From: Macrostomum hystrix
Lineage: Eukaryota; Animalia; Platyhelminthes
Length of the DNA: 64,000 bases
Direction: 5' to 3'
Assembly: GCA_950097015.1 (NCBI GenBank)
Contig: CATNEN010000033.1
Coordinates: 5,022,001-5,086,000 of the forward strand
The position numbers and the translations under genes are program-made. The notes below the pieces were generated by a model that saw only the letters and a list, made by a program, of their open reading frames with translations, was not told where the DNA came from and did no database searches. Of the stretch, positions 24,646 through 34,186 are shown one piece after another; the stretch's first letter is position 1; each line of letters begins with the position of its first letter.

Positions 24646-25039
24646 AGGGCGCAGAGTGCAGTAATCCTGGCGAACCTCCTTAAAAGTGTTGAGCATACCA
24701 GGCTGCACAGTTGCGAATCAGGAATTAGAAGTTCAGCAGTTCATCACCTTGCTGTAATAGGTTCTCAGAATTGCCATTCAGTGATGGCAGTGCTTATCGA
24801 CACGGTCCCAAAGGGCCAACCCCAAGAGGCTCGGCTCTATGGATGAGGCACGGCCCACAAGCCTGCGCCTGAGCTGGCGTAAACGCCGACAACCTGTTGC
24901 CTCCAGTCCTTTTCTGTTTAACCTGAAGTTTTCAACACGCTGGAGACGAGAAAGGTGCTGACTGTGACGGCCAAAATTCACGCGGCGCAGTCGGGGCAGA
25001 GGACCAAGCTCGCCTGCTACCAGCGGTTCACCTAGCTCG

Positions 25040-25376
25040 GCGGTCTGGTTGCAGGAGTGCTTTGGGCACTGGCACATCACTTGGTGACAGTCGAGCCGCA
25101 GCCAGTGACAGGCGATTCGGCTCCTTCCGCTGACTCCTGAGCATACACTCACACAGGTACTATACACACATGCTCAAGCAGGTGCAGTGTAGATCAGCCC
25201 CGAATTTCTCATCGTCAGGCAGTGAACACTAACTGCGCGTTGGAGGTTGGCCCTTAAGGGTGTAAATTGTAGGACAAGCCCCCAAGCCATCTGGAATGAA
25301 TGTGACTTCAGGGCGGAATCGAGCTCAGGGACCTTGTAGTCATAGACAGAAGCTTCAGGTACCTTGTATCACTCCC
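25040..25376 (-). mobile_element. Diverged copy of the same SINE
   Basis: Minus strand: aaggtccctgagctcgattcc..ggcttgggggcttgtc..ctgcctgacgatgagaaa..ctcaggagtcag..gtcaccaagtgatgtgcc. Confidence 0.8.
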
Positions 25377-25755
25377 TTCATTTTTTCAAACTCGAGGTAA
25401 TCTTAACCCTAACCTTTATTTACCAAACAAAATTCAACAGTTGACAACATTGTCTCGTCGAGTTTAACCCTGGTTCGGTTGAAGCTAGACTTTTTGTTAG
25501 ACTAAAAACGTACGAGTACGTACACTCGACCCACACAAATGACATTAGCGGGTACGAGTAGCGAGACAAATTGGCTATTTCAATATATTTAATAAAAAAG
25601 TAGTGCTCGTACAACCATCAGTGCTACTTTTCTTCAAGACGCACATAGATTTATATTGAAAAATTGTTGGTCTAATGGTTTGCAATGACACTAAAAAGTC
25701 ACTAATGATGTAATTTGTTCTAAAGCATTTCGACTTCTTTCGACGCGCTGTAAGT

Positions 25756-26454
25756 TCACTTGCCTTCATGCTTGTTCCATCGACCAACGTCCTTGTTCCA
25801 TCGACCAACGTCCTTGTTCCATCGACCAACGTCCTTGTTCCATCGACCAACGTCCTTGTTCCATCGACCACCGTCCTTGTTCCATCGACCACCGTCTTTG
25901 TTCCACCGACCGCCGTCATTGTTCCATCGATCGCCGCCCTTGTTCCATCGATCGCCGTCCTTGTTCCATCGATCGCCGTCCTTGTTCCATCGATCGCCGT
26001 CCTTGTTCCATCGACCGCCGTCCTTGTTCCATCGACCAACGTCCTTGTTCCATCGATCACCGTCCTTTTTCCATCGACCGCCGTCCTTTTTCCATCGACC
26101 GCCCTCCTTGTTCTGTCGATCGCCGTCCTTGTTCCATCGATCGCCGTCCTTGTTCCATCGATCGCCGTCCTTGTTCCATCGATCGCCGTCCTTGTTCCAT
26201 CGATCGCCGTCCTTGTTCCATCGATCGCCGTGATGTCTCCAGTTGTCTACCCAATCGTTGTTCCAGCGATCTCCGTGCTTTCGCCAGTCGCTGCCTTTGT
26301 TACCACCTGAGCTCGAGTCGTGGCTGCCGGAGCCCCATTTGCCTGTCAGGCCGTCGGTCTGAGCTGGGTTGGCCGAGACGGCCGCGAGGAAAAGCACAGC
26401 TACCGCCGCTGCTAGAAGCAGAAACTCGTGGGCAGCTCGGGTTGCTGAAGCCAT
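25756..26454 (-). CDS. Putative secreted Trp/Lys/Asp/Arg heptad-repeat protein (232 aa), family unknown
   Basis: ATG; signal-peptide-like MASATRAAHEFLLLAAAVAVLFLAAVSA; about 22 heptads WNKDGDR/WNKDGGR/WNKDVGR; TATTTATAT at 26525-26517; ATTAAA at ~25590 (minus). Confidence 0.75.
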   Translation of the reverse strand: MASATRAAHEFLLLAAAVAVLFLAAVSANPAQTDGLTGKWGSGSHDSSSGGNKGSDWRKHGDRWNNDWVDNWRHHGDRWNKDGDRWNKDGDRWNKDGDRWNKDGDRWNKDGDRQNKEGGRWKKDGGRWKKDGDRWNKDVGRWNKDGGRWNKDGDRWNKDGDRWNKDGDRWNKGGDRWNNDGGRWNKDGGRWNKDGGRWNKDVGRWNKDVGRWNKDVGRWNKDVGRWNKHEGK

Positions 26455-26959
26455 TGCTTTCTGAATCGAGAGAGAACTCCAGGTTGGTCTTGCGAAAAGC
26501 GCTCCGTCGTAGCCGCATATAAATAGTGGCTTTTTTGGCTTGTCCCACTGGGGCCCATCGTGCAGTTCAGCTAATGTCTATTGTTTCAGCCAATTTTTTT
26601 GTTCGGTGAAGTTGAGCGCCCGGGACAAGAAATGACACCCGCGATCTCTCTGCAATCAGGAATATTACGCAATCGGAATAGTAATGCTAGCTTTTGGACG
26701 CGAAAATAAACTGATGGACAACGTGCCTGCGCGCCAGACTTGTCCAGAAATGAGGTTCACTCAGTGTAAATTATGTGCATGTTGCTTTGTACGATATTTA
26801 GTGAGACTAAAGCTGCATTAAACCTAGTCAAGTTGGGCAAGATGTGCAAGCAACCAGAGGCACAGCCGGCGCTTCCAAATGATTTGTACAGCTGTTCAGT
26901 CCATGTACCGGGTCGGCCGCCATTACCCATTTCTCAGCTGGGTGAACTGAAGCAATCAT

Positions 26960-27263
26960 ATTATAACAATAATTGTGGCAGGGCTGCGGGCAATGGCACA
27001 TAACTTGGTGACACTCATTTTGCTTATTCCTGAACACACACGCACACAGATACTGTACGCAGGCACACGCTTACAGTGAGAGTGTATATCTGCCCTGACT
27101 TACTCATCGTCGGTTGGCCCTCAAGGGCGTAGATTGCCGACTAGCACACAAGCCTTGTCTCCGCGGCTGCGCCCCGAATATGAATGGGGTCTCGCCACGC
27201 AATCAAGCTCAGGGACCTTGGTGCGAAAGGCTGCCACATTAACCGCTCTGCCACTCACATCCC
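26960..27263 (-). mobile_element. Third copy of the tRNA-derived SINE (internally deleted)
   Basis: Minus strand: gtggcagagcggtt..cgcaccaaggtccctgagcttgatt..gtcagggcagatata..tgtgccattgcccgcagccct..aattattg. Confidence 0.8.
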
Positions 27264-27589
27264 GAATTAGATGTCTTGCTTGTGGACACAGATTGCACCC
27301 CTTCGGATGAGATTCAAACTCCCGACCTCTAAAGAACTTTGGAAGTTATAATAATCTGCCTCAATCGTAACGTTTCACACAAAAAATACTTTGAGCCTTC
27401 ATGAAAAATGCCCCCCTGTTGATTCTGATTCGACTCGAGCCAGGAAAAAATCTCAGTCAGTTCAGATAAGACATTGGGTTACATTTTTGCTATTCTTTAA
27501 GTGCTAAAATATATTGGCGTAATGAGGGAGTACGGAGAGAGATTTAGCAAAAGGAAAGAAGGAAATCTAAAGAGTTTTGTAAATTTGTC

Positions 27590-30500
27590 ATGCATCTGTG
27601 GCACAGTCGCCTGAGCACTCTAATCTTCTCAGGTACTCTGATCGCAGCCTTCTGGTCGGACATTTCATCCAAGTGCTGCCAGGTGCTCGCGCTCTTCCTG
27701 GCGCTGCTCCTCTTGTCAGCGTCTTCCGCGGGCTGCTGGGCCGACTTCCTGAGCTGCGTCATCCGGGTGAGTTGCTCAGCCCAGCTCAGCCCAGTTGCTC
27801 AGCCCAGCTCACTGTTCTAAATTCAATTGACACTTGACTCTGCAGAAGGCAATTTCATCAGAAATAACAATTGTCTTTGGGAAGGAAATTTTGTTCACAA
27901 TAAAAACGTTACAAGGCACAGTAATTTTAGCAAGGTACAGAAGACATTGCAGAATATTCAGGGAGGTTCTGAAGACTCGGTCAGGCCAGAGACCTCACAA
28001 AAAGTTCAGGAATTAAAAAAAGCTTTATTGTGTTAAGAAGGCTTAGGATGTTCTGGAATGTTTAGAAGGCTCCAATCAAAATATTCAAAGGGTTCAGAAG
28101 GTTCAGAACGTTCAGAATGTTCAGGAGCTTCAGAAGGTTCAGAAGGTTCAGGAAGATTCAGAAGGTTCAGGAGCTTCAGATGGTTCAGAAGGTTCAGAAA
28201 TTTCAAAAGGTTCAAAAGGATTAGAAGGTTCAGGAAGATTCAGAAGGTTCAGAAGGTTCAGAAGGTTCAGAAGGTTCAGAAGGTTCAGAAGGTTCAGAAG
28301 GTTCAGAAGGTTCAGGAAGATTCAGAAGGTTCAGAAGGTTCAGAAGGTTCAGAAGGTTCAGGAAGATTCAGAAGGTTCAGAAGGTTCAGGAAGATTCAGA
28401 AGGTTCAGGAGCTTCAGAAGGTTCAGGAGCTTCAGAAGGTTCAGGAGCTTCAGAAGGTTCAGAAGGTTCAGAAGGTTCAGAAGGTTCAGAAGGTTCAGAA
28501 GTTTCAGAAGGTTCAGAAGGTTCAGAAAGTTCAGAAGGTTCAGAAGGTTCAGAAGGTTCAGAAGGTTCAGGAGCTTCAGAAGGTTCAGGAGGTTTAAAAG
28601 GTTCAGAAGGTTCAGAAGTTCGAAAGGTTTTGAAGGATCAGAAGGTTCAGGAGCTTCAGAAGGTTCAGAAGGTTCAGGAGGTTCAGAAGGTTCAGAAAGT
28701 TCTGCAGCTTTCACCAGCTTCAGATTATTTAGAAATTTTGAGGATCGAAATCGAGGTCAGAAGACTCAGAGGTGCGCGGGTCAGTAAGAAACTCGTTTTT
28801 AAACTGGCTGATTAAAATGAAACGCAAAACCATATTTGAGAACTAATTTTAGAGCATGGTGAGCAAGCGGTGCAGAAGCACTTGGTTGGAGATTTCGACC
28901 AGAAAAGCACCTGACACACGTCCAATCAGGTGTCAAAAGATTGCAATCTCAATCTGCGCCCTGTTGCTGAGGGCTTTCTTTGAATTCGCAGGCGGGACTG
29001 TCCAACCGGTTTTGCCTGTTTGGCCAACCGGTTAAAGGACCAGTTCCGGAAGAGGTCAACAAATTGAATCTTTTCAAATATCTGGCTGTGTATTTGGTAA
29101 TAAATAACTCACAACAGTGGCTGTATCAGGACTGATAAGAGAATTAGGCATTACAATTATGGTCAAGCGTGAGGTCATATGATTTTTTTCTGGCCAGCGA
29201 GAGATCACAAAATAGGCTAATCTGATGTGTGACAACGTTGCACTTATTCGCTTATTTACTCGACAAACAGAATGCGACAAGAGAAACTCACAAGCTTGAC
29301 AATCGCAATTTGGGCAATCGATGGCTGAAATTTAACATAAAGTTGATTGCAAGATTGTTCTAACTCATTCAAAATTTAGAAATAAGCAATTGATCGGGCC
29401 ACAACGATGACATCAAGTCTTGCTGTTTAAAGTTGAAACCACATTCCATGTCCTGTCGGATATTCCGACGTGTCAGATGTTCCAAGCACATTCCATGTCT
29501 TGTCGAATGTTCCAAGCACATTCCATGTCTTGTCGAATGTTCCAAGCACATTCCATGTCTTGTCGAATGTTCCAAGAACATCCCATGTCTTGTCGAATGT
29601 TCCAAGCACATTCCATGTCTTGTCGAATGTTCCAAGCACATTCCATGTCTTGTCGGATGTTCCAAGCACATTCCATATCCCGTCGGATGTTCCAATCCCT
29701 TTGCAGGTTCTCTTAAATGCTTCGATCACATTCCTTGATCTGTCAGTATGTCCATCTTCGCCTTTTCTCAGCCTCGCAGCCCCGTCGAAATTCCCACGCA
29801 GGCCTACAGCCGGCTGCCGCTGCCGCTGAACGCGCTCTCTCGCGCCTGGGGCCGCTGCCACCGCCGTCCGCTGCCACTCGCAGCTCGCGCGCCCCTCTAC
29901 CGGCTGTATAGCCGGCTCTGCCACTGCGACCTGGCCGAGGCCAGCTGCCAGGAGCTGGTCGACTTTGCCACCCTGGCCGAGTTCTTCGCCCGCAGCCTGC
30001 GACCTGGCCTGCGGCCGGTGTGCCCGGCTAGCGAGCTGGTGTCTCCAGCAGATGGCCAAGTGCTCAGTCTGGGTCGGGTGCGGGCCGGACACTTGGAGCA
30101 GGTGAAGGGCATCACCTACAGGCTGCAGGTAAGCGCTGCCTCTAAATACTTCCACTGGGCTGTGTGCAGGCCCTGACCTTCTCTTCGTCAGGAAGGGTTT
30201 GCCCGGCTTGCTATCTCTCGACCATTGTTCCACATTTGGCCTCGCCGTGGGAGAGAACTCAGGAATTTTTTGTGCGACTCGGCCCCCTTTTCACCTCATT
30301 GGGTGCGCCAGGCCTCAGAATGCTTGCTCACAGTGCAAAAAACTCAATTCCAGGATTTTCTCGGCCCTTTGCCAATCGGCGAATTCTCCCAGCAACCGCA
30401 GCAGCCGCATAGCAACCAAGACGCTGACGACCAGGCTAATGACCAGGCCTACCTGGCCAAGTTACGCCGCTTGACCGGCACGCGGCTTTATCATTGCGTA

Positions 30501-31545
30501 ATTTACCTGGCGCCAGGTGATTATCACCGGTTCCACTCGCCCGCTCACTGGCTGGTTCGAGCCAGGCGCCACTTCCCCGGCCGCCTGCTGTCTGTAGCGC
30601 CTCCCGTGGCTGCCACCATCCCCGGCCTGTTCTGCACCAACGAGCGAGCCGTCTTTGACGGCGTCTGGCGCCACGGCTGGCTTTGCATGACCGCCGTCGG
30701 CGCCACCGGGGTCGGCTCTATCAGCGTTACCTGCGACCCGGTGAGTGAGACCACTTTGAGACTGACCGGGTGTCCTTCTTGGGTGTCTACGATTGGTCAT
30801 TCTAGGGCTTTTAGAAGTGGTCATTCTAGGGCTTTTAGAAGTGGTCATTCTAGGGCTTTTAGGAGTGGTCATTCTAGGGCTTTTAGGAGTGGTCATTCTA
30901 GGGCTTTTAGAAGTGGTCATTCTAGGGCTTTTAGGAGTGGTCATTCTAGGGCTTTCAGGGGTGGTCATTTTAGGGCTTATAGGAGTTGTCATTCTAGGGC
31001 TTTTAGAAGAGATCGTTCTATGGTTTTTAAGAAGCGGAAATTTTAGTGTTTTTAGAAGTTGTCATTCAAGGGTGACTTGGTGGTCATCTTGTATGCATGA
31101 ATAGTTTATGTGTAGCCACTGATATTAGCTGCAGCCCTCAACTTTTCCAAGAGCACTTTAGTCTTCCATTTTTTCCTTTGTAATGAACAGATTTCTAGAA
31201 GGTGCTTTTTAAAGGAAATTTGTTTCTAACGGAAAAAAAGGTTTAACGGATCAGTTGTTTTCAACTCAGTAAAATTTATCGCAATTAATCGCAACTCCCA
31301 CCTCTTCCCCCGAAACGCAGGATCTGGCAACCAACCAGGCCGGGCGGGCGGCCGCGCGCAGCGGCTTCGCCGACAGGCGCCTGCGGCCAAGTCCGCGCCT
31401 GGCCAAGGGCCAGCCGTTCGGCCAGTTCAATCTGGGCAGCACAGTTGTGCTGGTGTTTGAGGCGCCGGCAAGTTTTGATTTCACCGCCTCACCGGGGCAG
31501 AGAATCCGAGTAGGGCAAGGACTGGGTCAGAGTGAGGCCGATTGA
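27590..31545 (+). CDS. PISD: Phosphatidylserine decarboxylase proenzyme (PISD/Psd1 type)
   Basis: Exons 27590-27766 (start tentative), 29772-30128 ([27 protein letters not shown]), 30354-30740 ([36 protein letters not shown]), 31321-31545 ([14 protein letters not shown], containing the LGST self-cleavage/pyruvoyl motif). All junctions are phase 0, GT-AG. Confidence 0.95.
28090..28715. repeat. 9-bp minisatellite (ttcagaagg) in PISD intron 1
   Basis: Directly visible. Confidence 0.95.
29445..29695. repeat. 30-bp minisatellite (gtcgaatgttccaagcacattccatgtctt) in PISD intron 1
   Basis: About 8 copies. Confidence 0.92.
30795..31010. repeat. 24-bp minisatellite (ggtcattctagggcttttagaagt) in PISD intron 3
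   Basis: About 9 copies. Confidence 0.92.
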
Positions 31546-31614
31546 CCGCGTGGCGAGCTTGTGCAAACATTAGAGCATTAGTGAGGCTTGCTTGATGGAT
31601 AAGATAAGGCTTCG

Positions 31615-31805
31615 AATCCCAAGTATTCGAATCCCAACTGCTCGAATCCCAACTATTGGATTCCCAAATACTCGAGTCCCAAATACTCGAGTCCCTACAA
31701 ACTCGAATCCCCACTACTCGAATCCCCAATACTCGAATCCCAACTACTCGAATCCCGACTACTCTAATCCCAACTACTCGAATCCCAAATACTCGAATCC
31801 CCACC
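31615..31805. repeat. 15-bp degenerate repeat (actcgaatcccaact) just 3' of PISD
   Basis: About 12 copies. Confidence 0.85.
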
Positions 31806-34186
31806 ACTTGATCCCACTTTCTTCATATATCTAAAATCTAATCATCTCACACCCATTTAATCCCGTTTGTTCGATGATCCCAAATCGTCATATTTCAAAA
31901 CACTACATGGTCTATAATTCAATATTAAATCCGAAAAATGTTTACCAGTCTCATCTTAGAATTCTTGAGTCCCATTCCTTCGAATACAACTATTATACTC
32001 GTAGTTCCCAAATCTTCGAGTCTCAACTCAAACAAAAAAATTGCATGCAGCTTTGATTCCAATTCCGAATATTTTAAATCAACGATCTTACGATTCGGAC
32101 TCTTCGAATCCCAGTTAGTCGAATTGGCAGGTAGATACAACGTGCGATTTTTGGTTGATCAAGCCTTTTAAAATGTGCGATCTGAATTTTCTATGTGAAA
32201 TGTGAAGCCTGAGAAGAGACTTGGTCAATAAATGAGTCGCCTTGAGCGTATATATGCCCATAGACAACAAAACTAATCGGAAGTATGGTATGTACCTCCC
32301 CGCAATTGCAACGGGCGTTAGTCTATGGTAGCTGTTCCGATTTATTCAGCCCATGCAATTAATTAATGTTAGTGTGATTAACAATATACCATTTAACAAC
32401 GCTGAGCAAGGGTTTTAATGAACATCGTTAAACTATGTCTATGGGGAATCCCACAGGGAATTCCCTTTGGATTCTTGTATTTCAAACGTTAAGTGTGTAT
32501 TTTCGATCATTGAGCAACGCTGGGATTCCCGCCATTAAATACCGCGGGGTTTTAATGGACGACATTAAAACCCCGGTGGAATGTGTATGGTGCAAACAGA
32601 ACCGCTGGGAATCCCAGCGTTACTCAATGAAAATATATACCGGCTATTTCGGGCATCAATGTCTATGGCCTCGGGCGCTGCGCGCTGCGCGTCCTCGGTC
32701 ACAGCCATTGACAATACTTTGCTTTAAAAAATGACGGAGCATAGACTCTGAGACGGTGTATTGTCAAATATGTTCCGCCCGCTGGTCCACAGGAAATAAA
32801 CGATTTATTCACCTATAGGGAAATAATTGAAAACATAGACGCTCGGCGGCGGGCAAAAGGGGGATACATGACGCTTAAAACCGCTTTTAATTGTTTTTTA
32901 AAACTGCTTGGACATTCGTGGCCGATATTCAATGTGTGCAGCAAACGTTCTTCTTAATTTGGAAGACGCCAAAAGTAGCACACACGATGAGTATTTTGTA
33001 TATTTATGTATTAATGTAAATGTAAAGTAAATGTAAATGATGTGACAGTGTGTTTCAATCGTTGTAGTATATTTCTGCTAATCGATCTATTTTTGTATTA
33101 TTCTTCATAATAACATGTATGCTAAATATTAATTGTATGAATACTTTAATTACTATACATTTGTATTTATGGGCATTTTGCGAAATCGTATTCTTTCTTT
33201 TGTGATTGCAAAGTAGCACCTGGTACTGACTTTAAAGTTGCTTTCTGATTGGCTAATTTCCATGCGTACACATGATCGTATTAATTTTTTGCAGGAAATT
33301 TTATTCACTTAATGACCAGGACACTATAATAAACATGCTTTGAGCTCAGTCATCCTTTCCGTACGTTACCTCACCGCGTCTCGCCCGCCCACTCGTCTCA
33401 GTGATGATCCGCGCCTGATATAGATAATCTGAACACTTGTAGCACTCGAACTTAAAGTTTTTCCCTTTCATGGAACCAAATATTATAACATTAACTAATT
33501 AAACCTTACTTGCGTTCAACCGGCCAACTAATATTAATCGCACTTACAATAAGTTAGGCTGCAGGTTTTGGCACAAGAGCGCTAACAATTGCTATATTGC
33601 TACTTATATCAAAATTGCATACCGCTTCATAACGATTGAGTTTCATTTGTCTCCGTTCATTCATAATTTGTCGCAATGAAGCAATTTAATTAAGTGGATA
33701 TTAAAAAATTATGATATCAAAATTAGAAGCTAAAAAATACAAAATATGAAAAATATGTTAATAACATGTGTTTTCTGTGTAAAATAAATAATTATTCTGA
33801 TTAGTCTTTTATTTAAGTAAGTTACCAATGCTTAAATTTAAATGTTCTTTTCGAAGAAACAGAGTTCCCATTCGGCGTTCTGTTGTGTTGACGTGTTATA
33901 AACTTTTGTGTATAATCGAACATTTTAAGTTTCAGTGGCTTAGATTTCCGTAAAATCTAAGAAATCTTAAATAAAAATCACTGAGTAAACACCTTCAAAT
34001 TATACTTCACATTTATTGCGGATAGGTATTGACTCTTATATACTACATAATAGTACATAGTAATTTTTTATATACAGTTATCTTAGCAGTATAACCGAGC
34101 TGTATTATATTTGATTTCTTCGTACACATATATCGTAATATGAGAAGTCTCTAATCTCTAATAACCAGGATCACTTAGATTCAGAA

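Noticed and set aside
24778-25167. 129-aa minus-strand ORF between the Trp genes
   Set aside because: It starts inside a SINE copy and has no recognisable domain.
22964-26310. Opposite-strand and alternative frames of the two Trp-repeat genes (FQVFPPL, VPSIAVL, FHRSPSL)
   Set aside because: They are open only because of the repeat period; the sense frames have an ATG, signal peptide, TATA box and poly(A) signal.
33395-33435. C/D-box snoRNA (TGATGA...CTGA)
   Set aside because: The boxes are only about 25-30 nt apart and there is no terminal stem.
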